DNA from: Patescibacteria group bacterium
GTDB lineage: Bacteria > Patescibacteriota > CPR2 > UBA1875
Assembly: GCA_041737595.1 (NCBI GenBank)
Contig: JBGSRK010000005.1
Location: forward strand, 55,185-119,184
DNA length: 64,000 nucleotides
Direction of reading: 5' to 3'
Positions 41,101 to 50,834 of this stretch are shown in pieces. The notes under the pieces were generated by a model. The model was not told where the DNA came from and searched no databases. It saw only the letters and a program-made list of their open reading frames with translations. Made by a program: the position numbers and the translations under genes. Numbering within the stretch: position 1 is the stretch's first letter; each line of letters begins with the position of its first letter.

Positions 41101-41642
41101 TTGTATTGAATTTCAATATAAAAATCATCACCAAAAATTTTATGATAAAAATCAAATGTAGCTTGTGTTTTTTTTGTTTCACCCTTCGTTAAACTATCTG
41201 CAATTACTCCATGAACACAGGCTGACATTGCAATAAGGCCCTTAGAATGTTTTTCAAGGACATCTCTATCTATGCGTGGTTTATAATAATAACCGTCAAG
41301 ATGAGCAATAGTTGTAAGTTTCATTAAATTTTCATAACCTTCAACATTTTTTGCAAGCAAAACCAAATGGGATGGTTTAATATCAATTTTTGGTTCTTTT
41401 TTATCAAGAGACCTTGGGGCAACATACATTTCGCAACCAATTATAGGTTGTATGTCTCTTTTTTTAGCTTCTTTATAAAATTCTATTGCACCATACATAA
41501 CCCCGTGGTCAGTAATAGCTACGGCTGGCATATCATATTCTTTTGCTCTATCTAAAAGCTGTGGAATTTTACACATTCCATCAAGTAGGGAGTAATGAGT
41601 ATGAACATGCAAATGCACGAATTTTTGTTTTTTATCAGACAA
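38175..41642 (-). CDS. dnaE: DNA polymerase III alpha subunit
   Basis: PHP domain HLHVHTHYSLLDG, GRGSGAGS, PDFDMDF, FNKSHA. Confidence 0.98.
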   Translation of the reverse strand: MSDKKQKFVHLHVHTHYSLLDGMCKIPQLLDRAKEYDMPAVAITDHGVMYGAIEFYKEAKKRDIQPIIGCEMYVAPRSLDKKEPKIDIKPSHLVLLAKNVEGYENLMKLTTIAHLDGYYYKPRIDRDVLEKHSKGLIAMSACVHGVIADSLTKGETKKTQATFDFYHKIFGDDFYIEIQYNPGFPDQEKANKLLINFAKKNIANLVATKDVHYVDKEDHEAHDALLCVQTGKLMEDENRMKFDSDQSFVPPTEMIEYFKETPEAISNTLKIVEKCKPFSEEFYLPFAEKNEILIPNFDIPKGETKKSYMEKLVVRGLAERYEKITKEIKDRAAYELEVIERMKYEEYFLVVADYVNWAKDNGILVGPGRGSGAGSIVAYAMNITELDPLKYDLLFERFLNPDRISMPDFDMDFADDRRHEVIQYVVEKYGKEKVAQIITFGTMAARNAVRDTGRVLGMPYTEVDEVAKVIPSNLPLAKSIKEVPELAAFYKQGGNYKKLLDLAQRLEGVARHSSTHAAGVVIAPKDLINYTPLQKATKGDISTNTQYEMHAIEDLGLLKMDFLGLSNLTVLKNALRIIKKVYGKEIELSKLPLDDEKTYKLLAKGQTTGVFQLESSGMKRYIKELKPNCFEDIVAMISLYRPGPMENIPEFIDRKHGRKPINYEHPKMEEALKNTYGIMVYQEQVMQISKDFSGFTGGQADTLRKAMGKKIASMLTQMREEFVKGAKETSGADEKLSNKIFDGMESFAAYAFNKSHAASYALISYWTAYLKAYYPSAFMAALMTSDYQNIDRITIEVSEAQSMKIQVLGPDVNESFSEFAVVPKTNGIRFGMKAIKNVGTGIVEAILEAREKDGKFKSIEDFCMRVKASEINKKVIESLIKCGAFDNMNDRSTLLFNLEKILTFAQQVQKGTADGQLGLFGEATKENGVAHELLLVEPEEQLTSEEKLGFEKELLGIYFSEHPLDSHREKILSLNVDAIADLSTDKEGTDTKLVGVITSLHKILTRKNDPMVFAMFEDKTGTTELIIFPNTLEKFQSIIIEGKILYIKGKINNKDNQLKILVDTIEDLKNKVVEIKKPSTNFVQLDDNAIIDVPRGVTPSDLSTLKLLLARNKGETETYVLLPNGGEPKKVKMPFGIEFDKNLIEEINALLSRRE

Positions 41643-41759
41643 GAAACCCCCGTATTTTATCGAAATTAAAAGAAGGCCACCTTTAAGTCCAACCCTCCTT
41701 TTGGATATAACCAGTTTATATCTTTAAAAACTTAGGTGCAAGATTGACATATTTATAAG

Positions 41760-42359
41760 TTATTCTTTTATTTTTATTTTTGACTTATTTTCAAAATATA
41801 CATTTAATCCAATAATAATTGCTGAAAGAATAAGAATAATTGCAACAAAAATCCAAGAAATAATAAAATTTGATGTGTTAATAATATATTCTGTGATATT
41901 TTTACCAATTTCTGTTTCTGAAAGTATTCTTACTGTTATAAAAAAACCAAATATTATTCCTAAATTAACCCATAATTTAATTGATTTTGGTGAAAAATAT
42001 ATTTCATAATAAGATTTTAATTTATCAGAAAATTTTAAATCAGGTTTTGAGACAATACTTTGAGCAACTTTTTTATACATTCTAACTGCTTCTTGCGCCT
42101 CAAAATCAGAAAATTGATATTCTATTTTTTCAATAATATCTTTATGCCGTTCAAGTGCCTCTGTTATACCTTCTTTATCTTTCCCTGAATAGCCAGCCCA
42201 AAAAAGTTTCTCTTCTATTGTTTTACCAATAAACCCCTTATTATCTAGAACTGCTTCTAAAATTTTATGTGCCTCAATAACAGCAAGTCTACTCCCTGAT
42301 GAATCATGGCCAGAAAGAAGTTTTTCAACACCGGCCCAAAGTTCATTAAATTTGGCCAT
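41760..42359 (-). CDS. Hypothetical protein, helical N-domain plus two C-terminal TM helices
   Basis: AVIEAHKILEAVL..GKTIEEKL resembles 60756-61196. Confidence 0.7.
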   Translation of the reverse strand: MAKFNELWAGVEKLLSGHDSSGSRLAVIEAHKILEAVLDNKGFIGKTIEEKLFWAGYSGKDKEGITEALERHKDIIEKIEYQFSDFEAQEAVRMYKKVAQSIVSKPDLKFSDKLKSYYEIYFSPKSIKLWVNLGIIFGFFITVRILSETEIGKNITEYIINTSNFIISWIFVAIILILSAIIIGLNVYFENKSKIKIKE

Positions 42360-42883
42360 TATTTCGCCTTCCGTTCAAGGACTACCCATTCACTTTTTTC
42401 AACTACTGAATTTGGAATAATGTGTAGTTTATTATTATTATCAACTATTCGTACTTTTCTCATATCAATCCCCTTTATTACGCCTTCTGTTTTCCCATCA
42501 TTCGCAATTACCTTCATACCAACGGTAAAATCTGGATCTCCGATTAAAGAAAGTCCGGCAAATACATCCCCAAGAAAACTCCCAGCACTATTATTAAGAA
42601 TAAATGCTAGTGCTACTGCAGAGCCAGAAAGCATAATAGCTAAGTCCCCGAATCCTATTGAACTTACTGTATATATTACTAAAAACGTCCAAGAAATAAG
42701 TTTAGCTAAAGTTATAATAAAACCTCTTAAATCATTTGGAATTTTTAAAATTCTTACCGAATGGCGAACAATCATTGTTAATATTTTAATAATAATTATA
42801 CCAACTATTAGGTTTAATATAATTGATGGTAATTTTGGCAATAAAGCCTGAATTGGGTCTATTATTAAGTTTAAAATATCCAT
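42359..42883 (-). CDS. Small mechanosensitive channel (MscS family)
   Basis: TM helices, DVFAGL, G.I..IDMR, IIPNS. Confidence 0.8.
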   Translation of the reverse strand: MDILNLIIDPIQALLPKLPSIILNLIVGIIIIKILTMIVRHSVRILKIPNDLRGFIITLAKLISWTFLVIYTVSSIGFGDLAIMLSGSAVALAFILNNSAGSFLGDVFAGLSLIGDPDFTVGMKVIANDGKTEGVIKGIDMRKVRIVDNNNKLHIIPNSVVEKSEWVVLERKAK

Positions 42884-44379
42884 TATTTAAGCTCCTTTTT
42901 TAGTATTTCATTAACCATACCTGGGTTTGCTTGACCATTAGTTTTCTTCATGACTTGACCTATAAAAAATCCAATTAATTTTTCATTACCAGATTTATAA
43001 TCTTCTACCTGTTTTTGATTTTCTTCTAAAATTTGAGTAACAATATTGTTCAGTTCTTTTTCATTTGAAATTTGGGCCATTCCCTTACTTTCTACTACTT
43101 TTTTTGGACTACCCCCTTTTACTAATAATTCAGAGAGTACATCCTTGGCTATTTTACCTGAAATCTGATCACTATTAACCATTTGTATTAATTCTGCAAA
43201 TTCATTTGGTTTTATTTTAGATTCAGTTATATCATCAATTTTACCTAAAAATTCAGTTATCATAAAAGAAGCTGTTAATTTCCCAATTTTACGTTTAACC
43301 TCATCACTTACGGTTGATTCTGGAATATTTTCAATTATTTTTTCGTAATATTCTGAAATGTCAAAATTTCCTGAAAGAATATGAGCATCTTGGTTTGAAA
43401 CACCATATTCTGCTACAAATCTTGTTTTCTTTTCCTTTGGTAACTCAGGTAAACGATTTGAAATAATATCAGTATCAAAATCTGTCCCTTTACCTGTTTT
43501 AATTGGAGGAATGTCAGGTTCTGGGAAATAACGGTAATCATTTGCAAATTCCTTTGAACGTTGTGCTGTAGTTTCACCTTTGTTTTCATCCCAACCACGT
43601 GTTTCTTGCGCTAACATTCCACCTTCTTCTAAAACTTCTGTCTGCCGATTTACTTCAAATTCAATTGCTTTTTCTACAACTTTGAAAGAATTTATATTTT
43701 TTATTTCGACTTTTGTCCCTAATTCTTGTGCACCAACTTTTCTAATTGAAATATTTGCATCACACCGCATTTGACCTTTTTCCATATCAGCATCTGAAAT
43801 ATTAAGATATCTTAAAATTGATTGAAGATTTTTCATAAATTCTACCGCCTCTTTTCCTGAAGAAAGAATAGGCTTAGTTATAATCTCAAGAAGTGGTGTT
43901 CCAGCACGGTTTAAATCAACAAGTGAAAAATCACCCGACCGATCATGCGTAAGCTTTCCGGCATCTTCCTCTAAATGTATGTGATCAAGTTCTACAAATT
44001 TAGGTTCACCTAAATCAATTTCAAGCCCACCCTCAATTACTGGTGGGTTTGTAGCAGAAGTAATTTGATATGCTTTTGGTAAATCTGGATAATAATAATT
44101 TTTTCGTTCAAAGTTAAATTTTGGGTTTATTTTAGAATCAAGTGCAAGGCCTAAAAGGATAGTATCTTCAATTGCCTTTTTATTAGGAACAGGTAAAGTG
44201 CCTGGTTGACCAGTACAAATTGGACAAATGCGAATATTGGGGTCATCTTTTTCTGAAACCTTATAATCCTTACCTCTAGCACCTAAACCACAAGAACAAA
44301 ACATTTTTGAATCTGTTTTTAGATGAGCATGTATTTCGAGACCAACAACTGTTTCATAATTTGTCATATTATTATTCAT
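42883..44379 (-). CDS. gatB: Asp/Glu-tRNA amidotransferase subunit B
   Basis: GLEIHAHL, RKNYYYPDLPK, DLNRAGTPLLEI, YRYFPEPD. Confidence 0.98.
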   Translation of the reverse strand: MNNNMTNYETVVGLEIHAHLKTDSKMFCSCGLGARGKDYKVSEKDDPNIRICPICTGQPGTLPVPNKKAIEDTILLGLALDSKINPKFNFERKNYYYPDLPKAYQITSATNPPVIEGGLEIDLGEPKFVELDHIHLEEDAGKLTHDRSGDFSLVDLNRAGTPLLEIITKPILSSGKEAVEFMKNLQSILRYLNISDADMEKGQMRCDANISIRKVGAQELGTKVEIKNINSFKVVEKAIEFEVNRQTEVLEEGGMLAQETRGWDENKGETTAQRSKEFANDYRYFPEPDIPPIKTGKGTDFDTDIISNRLPELPKEKKTRFVAEYGVSNQDAHILSGNFDISEYYEKIIENIPESTVSDEVKRKIGKLTASFMITEFLGKIDDITESKIKPNEFAELIQMVNSDQISGKIAKDVLSELLVKGGSPKKVVESKGMAQISNEKELNNIVTQILEENQKQVEDYKSGNEKLIGFFIGQVMKKTNGQANPGMVNEILKKELK

Positions 44380-44782
44380 CTCTCTTTTTTCTTAATGATG
44401 CCATTAATTCTTCAATTTTATCTGCCGTTTCTTCATCGTCTTCTTGGTTTAGAGCCTGGTGTTTTGCCTCATGAAGCATATCAAGTGCATCTTCTATAAG
44501 ACCCAGTTCCGCTATTATCATGGCTGATTTAATATTTAATGCTAAAAATCCTTCTCCTGCTTTTACGGCTTTTTCTGCAATAGCTTCGCCTGCTTCTTGA
44601 AACCTAGTATATAAATCACTAAATTCTGGGCTTTCAACTCCAACTAACAAAATTTTTTTTCTAAGTTCGGACATTTCAGGAGTATCTGTAAAACCAATTT
44701 CAGAAGCAATTGATTCTGAACTGTTTGATTCCCCAGAAGCTACTATCTCTTTAGGTATTATGTATTCTTCATTATTTGTCAT
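44372..44782 (-). CDS. Acidic helical hypothetical protein
   Basis: ORF with host-like composition; start taken at ATG 44782. Confidence 0.65.
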   Translation of the reverse strand: MTNNEEYIIPKEIVASGESNSSESIASEIGFTDTPEMSELRKKILLVGVESPEFSDLYTRFQEAGEAIAEKAVKAGEGFLALNIKSAMIIAELGLIEDALDMLHEAKHQALNQEDDEETADKIEELMASLRKKRDE

Positions 44783-44822
44783 AACTAATATATTATAGCC
44801 GATTTTTACGATTTTGAGTACC

Positions 44823-44846
44823 AAAAAGAGGCCGATCGGCCTCTTT
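44823..44846. terminator. Palindromic terminator after the response regulator
   Basis: AAAAGAGGCCGATCGGCCTCTTTT. Confidence 0.7.
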
Positions 44847-44858
44847 TATTGATTTTGA

Positions 44859-45239
44859 TTATTTTGCGAGAACTTCTTTGATTTTTTCAACAACCTTTGA
44901 GGGAGTAAATTGCGATTTTACAATATACCCGATTGCGCCCATCTTCATACCTTTTTGGATATGATCTTCTTGACCAAGATTACTCATTATAAGAGTTGGG
45001 ATTCCTTTAGTTGTACTATCTTCTTTTATAATTTTCAAAACTTCAAACCCATCAAGTTCTGGCATAAGAATATCCAAAAGAATAATATTTGGCATAAATT
45101 CTTTTACTTTATCAACACCAATTCTACCATTGTCTGCGACCTGAACATCATAACCTTCGAGTGAAAGTTTAAGTTGATACATTTTTGAGATGTATCTATC
45201 ATCTTCTATTATTAAGATTTTACCTTTATTATCAACCAT
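44859..45239 (-). CDS. Single-domain response regulator (receiver)
   Basis: IIEDD, LLDILMPELDG, YIVK. Confidence 0.92.
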   Translation of the reverse strand: MVDNKGKILIIEDDRYISKMYQLKLSLEGYDVQVADNGRIGVDKVKEFMPNIILLDILMPELDGFEVLKIIKEDSTTKGIPTLIMSNLGQEDHIQKGMKMGAIGYIVKSQFTPSKVVEKIKEVLAK

Positions 45240-45289
45240 GTCCCCTCCGTTTCATCTATTATAACAATATATTATATTAAACACTAGTG

Positions 45290-46264
45290 TCAAGAATGTT
45301 TTTTTACTGCGTCTATAATTTTTTTAGAAACTGACTCTATAGTGCCTTCTATTTCAGCCCCTGAAGCCTTTGCATGACCCCCACCTCCAAATAATTCACA
45401 AATAGTAGAAACATTCATATTTGAATTATTTGAACGCATAGAAACCTTAATAATACCGTTCTCTCTTTCTTGCAATACGGCAACAACTTTTGCCTCTTTT
45501 ACTTGTTCTAAAAAATTTGCCACCCCAGATGCTGCCTGTTCTGTAAGATCTAATTCCTTCATATCATTTAATGTTAAATATGTATATGCAAGAGCATCTT
45601 CATTTATTTTCATCCTATTAATTGCTCTACCTAAAAGCTTTACTGTTGGAATTGGTTTACCACCAAAAGCACTTTCAACAACGCTTTTTAGCCTAGCCCC
45701 TTTATTTAATAAATCAGCAACAGCGCGAAACGTTGTTGGTGCAGTATTAGTAAATTGTAATGAAAGAGTATCTGTTTCAATCCCTAGAAGTAAAAGAGTA
45801 GCTACTGTTTTATCAATATTAACTTTCATTTTCCCGAGCAGTTTATGGACCATTTCAGCGGTACTAGAAAGCGTCAAATCTCTCCAATAAATGTCTGATA
45901 TCTTTTCTAATTCGCCATTAATATGGTGATCAATAACAATGATTTTTTTACCATCTTTTTTTGTCTCATCTAATATTTCGGGTATAGTAAATCTTTTTAT
46001 GGTATTTGCATCAAAACAGATTAGAATATCTATTTCTGAGTATTTTTCCTGTGTTTTATAATTAATATCTTCTTTTATAAAATCAAATAGATTTGGTAGC
46101 TTTTCATTTGAAAAAATAATGGTTTCTTTCCCTCTTTCTGAAATAATTTTTTCAAGTGCAAGCATCGAACCAAAAGCATCCCCATCTCCATCTTTATGGG
46201 TAATAAAACCAATTTTTTTAGAATTATTTATTTCTTCAATTATTTTTTCTTGAATATTACTCAT
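45290..46264 (-). CDS. nrnA: DHH/DHHA1 nanoRNase/pAp phosphatase
   Basis: H.DGDGD, IDHH, GGGGHAKASG; follows rbfA. Confidence 0.9.
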   Translation of the reverse strand: MSNIQEKIIEEINNSKKIGFITHKDGDGDAFGSMLALEKIISERGKETIIFSNEKLPNLFDFIKEDINYKTQEKYSEIDILICFDANTIKRFTIPEILDETKKDGKKIIVIDHHINGELEKISDIYWRDLTLSSTAEMVHKLLGKMKVNIDKTVATLLLLGIETDTLSLQFTNTAPTTFRAVADLLNKGARLKSVVESAFGGKPIPTVKLLGRAINRMKINEDALAYTYLTLNDMKELDLTEQAASGVANFLEQVKEAKVVAVLQERENGIIKVSMRSNNSNMNVSTICELFGGGGHAKASGAEIEGTIESVSKKIIDAVKKHS

Positions 46265-46571
46265 TTAAAAGTCTCTCAATTTTATCCACATATTCTGGGG
46301 AGTGATCGAGTTTAAATTCAATTTTTGGAGTATATTTTGTTGCCATTTTACTTGTAATATAATGTTGGATTTCCGATTTATGCGAATTTAGCTCTGCCAT
46401 TCCCTTTTCCGCATCAGTGAATAATGAAACCCAGATAGTTGCGTTTTTTAAATCACGCGCAGTTTCTATGGCCGTTACTGTAATAAAATTTTCTTTACCT
46501 ATAATTTCAGATATTGCAAAAGAAGCTTGTTCTCTTATTAGTTCGTTAATTTTTCTTATTCGATCAGACAT
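46257..46571 (-). CDS. rbfA: Ribosome-binding factor A
   Basis: ITVT..DLKNATIWVS, YTPKIEFKLD. Confidence 0.9.
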   Translation of the reverse strand: MSDRIRKINELIREQASFAISEIIGKENFITVTAIETARDLKNATIWVSLFTDAEKGMAELNSHKSEIQHYITSKMATKYTPKIEFKLDHSPEYVDKIERLLNE

Positions 46572-46576
46572 TATAA

Positions 46577-48337
46577 TTACATCGTTTTTTTATGTTCTTC
46601 AACCCTATAAAATTCCACCACATCATCAACAGCAATATCAACTTTTTGTTCAATTGAAAACCCACATTCAGAACCTGCTGGAACAGAGGGCATTTCTTCT
46701 TTTTCTCTTTGTACATTAGTAACAACGTATTCTCCAATTGGCTCCCCATTACGTTTAATCCGGATATTAGCGCCTTTTTCAGCCCTTCCATCTTCTACCT
46801 TACCACCAGCAACAGTAAGATGGGGGGAAACCTTGAATACCCCAAGAACTTTAAGAATACCAATTTGAATTTCATTTTTTTCAATCGGCATCATTTCAGA
46901 AAGTAAAGTTTTTATATCACTAATTAATTCATAAATAACATCATATTTTAAAATCTTAACTTTATTAGATTTTGCTGTCCCCTCAACCCCTGGTGATTTA
47001 CCAACTTTAAAACAAATAATAATTTTATCTGAAGAAGCTGCCATTTGGATATCTTTTTCAGAAACATCTCCAACACCCTCTCCTACAAATTTCACTCCTA
47101 CAAATTCATTATTAAGTTTTCCAAGTGATTCTTTTATCGCATCAAGAGAACCAACAACATCTGCCTTAATAACAATACTAAGTTCATTCTTATCAAGTGC
47201 AGCTACTTGAGCAGTAAGTTCATCTAAGCCAATTTTACGAACATTGGAAAACTTTTTTACATGAGCATATTTTTTTGATTTTTCAGCATCATCTCTTGCA
47301 TCTTTTTCGTCTTTAAATGATTGCATTATTTCAGCTACTCCAGGGACAGATTTAAGACCAGAAATTCTAACTGCCCGAGATGGCCCAGCAGATTTTAATC
47401 TTTTACTATTTTCGTCTTCCATTGACTTTACTCGTCCGTAAGTTTCACCAACAGAAATCCAATCTGCTGAATTTAATGTTCCATTTTTTATTAAAATTGT
47501 TGCAACTGGTCCTTTACCAACCTCAATTTTTGATTCAATTACTAACCCCTGAGCTGGTGCCTTTGGATCTGCACAAAGATTCAGCATTTCAGACATTACA
47601 ATAAGGGTATCAAGTAACTTATCTACTCCGTCACCTGTTTTAGATGAGACGTCAACAAATTCAATATCGCCTCCCCATTCTTGAGGAGTCATACCAATTT
47701 CAGTAAATTGCTTTCTCACACGTGCTGGGTCTGCATCAGGCTTATCTATTTTATTAACAACTACAATCATAGGAGTTCCGGCATTTTTTGCATGTTTAAT
47801 TGCTTCGGTTGTTTGGGGCTTAATACCATCATCGGCCGCAACAATAATAATCGCAATATCAGTAACCTCTGCACCATGTTGACGCATTGCTTCAAATGCT
47901 TCATGCCCTGGTGTATCAAGAAATGTTATTATCTTTTTTTTATATTCAACCTGATATGCACCAATATGTTGTGTTATCCCTCCAGATTCTTTTGCAACCA
48001 CATTGGCTTCTCGAATTTTATCAAGAAGTGAAGTTTTGCCGTGATCTACATGCCCAAGAACCGCAATGACTGGTGGCCTAGAAATAGCACTTTTACTAAC
48101 TTCGCATTTTTCTTCAGGTTTTTCTTTTAATTCCTCAACCTCAGATTCAACTTTATGACCTAAAAATTCAGCAATAATTTCTGCTGTTTCATAATCAATA
48201 TTTTCATTAATTGTTGCCATTACGCCGTTCTTCATCAGTTCACCAATAACTTGAGAAACGGGTATAGAAAGTTTATCGGCAAAATCTCCGACAGTAATAA
48301 TAGCTGGTATTTTAATAATTTTAGTGGTTTCTTCCAT
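46577..48337 (-). CDS. infB: Translation initiation factor IF-2
   Basis: [30 protein letters not shown]. Confidence 0.97.
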   Translation of the reverse strand: MEETTKIIKIPAIITVGDFADKLSIPVSQVIGELMKNGVMATINENIDYETAEIIAEFLGHKVESEVEELKEKPEEKCEVSKSAISRPPVIAVLGHVDHGKTSLLDKIREANVVAKESGGITQHIGAYQVEYKKKIITFLDTPGHEAFEAMRQHGAEVTDIAIIIVAADDGIKPQTTEAIKHAKNAGTPMIVVVNKIDKPDADPARVRKQFTEIGMTPQEWGGDIEFVDVSSKTGDGVDKLLDTLIVMSEMLNLCADPKAPAQGLVIESKIEVGKGPVATILIKNGTLNSADWISVGETYGRVKSMEDENSKRLKSAGPSRAVRISGLKSVPGVAEIMQSFKDEKDARDDAEKSKKYAHVKKFSNVRKIGLDELTAQVAALDKNELSIVIKADVVGSLDAIKESLGKLNNEFVGVKFVGEGVGDVSEKDIQMAASSDKIIICFKVGKSPGVEGTAKSNKVKILKYDVIYELISDIKTLLSEMMPIEKNEIQIGILKVLGVFKVSPHLTVAGGKVEDGRAEKGANIRIKRNGEPIGEYVVTNVQREKEEMPSVPAGSECGFSIEQKVDIAVDDVVEFYRVEEHKKTM

Positions 48338-48432
48338 AAAAATCAGATCCTTCCCCTGAAACTTGTATCCCAAGCATTCAGGTTAGACCTGATTTTTATT
48401 ATTATTTAATACAAAAAGCCATTTTTCCATGA

Positions 48433-49692
48433 CTATTTTTTTGATTTAACCGCTTTTTTATCTGACGTATTTTTCTTTGCGTCAGATTCGGTTTTATCTT
48501 TTGTTGTTTTTTTTACGGTTTTTTCTTTAGGTTTTTCAGCAACTTCTTTTTTTTCAACAGTATCTTTTTTCTTTGTTGTTTTTTTAGTAGATTCTTTTAA
48601 AGAAAGTGCTAATTTATGATTTTCAATATCAACAGATATTACTTTGAATTTATAAGTTTTACTTATGTCTACAACTTCTGAAGGGTTTGCAATATGTTCT
48701 TCAGAAAGTTCAGATATATGAACAAGTGCTTCAACAGATTTAGTTATCCGGACAAATGCTCCAAATGGTGTGATTCTTGTTACTTCACCTTCGATTTGAT
48801 CCCCTACCTTGATATGTGAAACTTCTTTGGCCCATGGATCTTCAGAAAGTCTTTTTAATGATAATGATACTTTGTCATGATCTTTACCAATAACAACTAC
48901 TTCTATTTCATCACCAACTTTCGCATGTTTTGCAGGATCTTCAACTCTGTCCCAAGATATTTCAGAAATATGAACCAGTCCTTCGATTCCTTCGATATTC
49001 ATAAAGATACCGAAATCTACAACGCCAGTTACTTTACCTTTAACTTTTTGATTTATATCAAGTTTTCCAATTGCACCAGCAAGCTCATCTTTGCGACCTT
49101 CTTTTTCAGAGAAGATAAGTTTACCTTCTTTTTTATCAACATCAAGAATAGTTACAGAAAGAGTATTCGCAGTCAAAGCCATAAGTCTATTTAATATTTC
49201 ATCTTTATCAGAAACTCGTGGGTAGTGTTCTGTTGAAAGTTGAGAAACAGGTAAAAATCCTTTTACTCCCTCAAATTCCATTAATAAACCACCCTTATTA
49301 GCATCAAAAGGTTTAACTTCAACAATTTCTCCACTCTCTTTAATTTCAATAAGCTTTTCCCAAATTTTTTCACGGGAAGCTTTTCTAAGTGATAAAAGTG
49401 CATAACCTTCGTCCATTTCAGGGACAATAACTGATGCAGAAATTTTATCACCAGGTATTGAATCTTTATAACCTGCTTCAGCTGCTTCTGCTCCAACTGC
49501 AAGACCAGTGCCAAATGCACCAAGATCAAGCCAAATCCCAGCCTTAGTAACAGAAACTACGGTACCTTCAATGGTATCGTTTTCTGCGAGTGGTTTAGTT
49601 TTATCTTCATCTAGAGCAAGTAGCTCTTCCATTGTTTGTGGCTCTTTTGTTTTTGCCACTTCTTTTTTTGTAGATTTTTCTACTTTTGTCAT
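48433..49692 (-). CDS. rpsA: 30S ribosomal protein S1 (4 S1 domains, Lys-rich tail)
   Basis: GFLPVSQL, GLVHISEISW, LVHISELS. Confidence 0.9.
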   Translation of the reverse strand: MTKVEKSTKKEVAKTKEPQTMEELLALDEDKTKPLAENDTIEGTVVSVTKAGIWLDLGAFGTGLAVGAEAAEAGYKDSIPGDKISASVIVPEMDEGYALLSLRKASREKIWEKLIEIKESGEIVEVKPFDANKGGLLMEFEGVKGFLPVSQLSTEHYPRVSDKDEILNRLMALTANTLSVTILDVDKKEGKLIFSEKEGRKDELAGAIGKLDINQKVKGKVTGVVDFGIFMNIEGIEGLVHISEISWDRVEDPAKHAKVGDEIEVVVIGKDHDKVSLSLKRLSEDPWAKEVSHIKVGDQIEGEVTRITPFGAFVRITKSVEALVHISELSEEHIANPSEVVDISKTYKFKVISVDIENHKLALSLKESTKKTTKKKDTVEKKEVAEKPKEKTVKKTTKDKTESDAKKNTSDKKAVKSKK

Positions 49693-49838
49693 TTTATCTA
49701 TCTCTCCGTGTCCCCACGGATCTTCACTTTTTAAGCGAAGCCTTTCAAAAAAATTTACCCATATTTGGGCAGATTTCAGTATAGCCTAAATCTTTACGAT
49801 TGTAAAGATTAGAGAATTTTAAATTTTAAAACCAATCA

Positions 49839-49885
49839 AAAAGAAGACCCGCAAAGTACACGGGTCTCCGGTTTACTTTGCGGGT
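49839..49885 (-). terminator. 3' hairpin/terminator of islet 7
   Basis: ACCCGCAAAGTA...TACTTTGCGGGT then CTTCTTTT on minus. Confidence 0.75.
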
Positions 49886-49903
49886 ATAGTTGTGGGTACG
49901 TGA

Positions 49904-50734
49904 TCAAATGGCTGGAACCCTCTGCTCCAGAGGGATATAGCGATTGACCATTGTTTGTGCATATTGCACAGCTCGATCGAGATCAAGACGGTCAGTTGCC
50001 TTATCTCGGAGACCACCCTGGGCATCAACTGATGTCTCTGGGAACTGCTCCAAGATAGGAAGACAATGTGAGTAACAGATGTCAGAAAGACCACCGGCTA
50101 CACCAATGTCGATATTGATCCCCCGTGCCCTGATCTCCTTGATGTAGGGATAGAGTTCGAATGGATCGAACCTCTTCCCCTCCCCACCAGAAGGATCAAG
50201 AAGCACGTAATCAACAATCCCCTGGTAATCATGAAGCCATACCGAAAGGGTTGTGGGATCATGGTTCGTCATCGCAAAAGCGTCTTCTCCAACCTGGAGA
50301 ACGATGTAAGGCTCATGATCCCCGCTATCACGGAAATACTGATGCCAGAATTCCCTTACCTCAGCCGGTTCTGGCCAAGGTACATTCAGCTGGACACCAT
50401 CAATGTTCTTTGGATAGCCGAGGATGTCGAATAGATCCTTCAGTTCAGATGCGATGTCTTCCGCATCTGTGTTGAAGTGGATCAGCCCGAGAACTCTTGG
50501 GTCATGAGGAATAATCTCCTCGACCTTTCCGATCTCGGGGTAACGCTCTGGCCAACGGTTTATCCCCCCTCTCATCGTCTTCGATGAAACAAGAACACCG
50601 GCCATCAACATAACCGGCAGCTGCTCCCAATCACCCATTGTTTTGCCAGTGAGCTTTGGGAAAACCTTGAGCACCTCCTCAACTTGCTCACAAGCAGTGA
50701 AGCCTGTGACTCCGACGTACGGTTTTCTCCCCAT
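49904..50734 (-). CDS. TrpF/PRAI-like TIM-barrel protein (islet 7)
   Basis: YVGVTGF, GVQLN, LLDPSGGEG, GVAGGL, SVDAQG; AAGGGAGG SD before MGRKPY. Confidence 0.7.
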   Translation of the reverse strand: MGRKPYVGVTGFTACEQVEEVLKVFPKLTGKTMGDWEQLPVMLMAGVLVSSKTMRGGINRWPERYPEIGKVEEIIPHDPRVLGLIHFNTDAEDIASELKDLFDILGYPKNIDGVQLNVPWPEPAEVREFWHQYFRDSGDHEPYIVLQVGEDAFAMTNHDPTTLSVWLHDYQGIVDYVLLDPSGGEGKRFDPFELYPYIKEIRARGINIDIGVAGGLSDICYSHCLPILEQFPETSVDAQGGLRDKATDRLDLDRAVQYAQTMVNRYIPLEQRVPAI

Positions 50735-50804
50735 CTCTGTTGTTCCTCCCTTGGGTACTAAAAGAGCGTCCAATAAGGACACTCTAAGCCAACGATCGAA
50801 GTTT

Positions 50805-50832
50805 ATTGTATCACTATTTAAATAAAATTCAA
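50805..50832 (-). promoter_or_regulatory. Promoter of islet 7
   Basis: TTGAAT-16 nt-TACAAT with TG extension. Confidence 0.6.
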
Positions 50833-50834
50833 TC

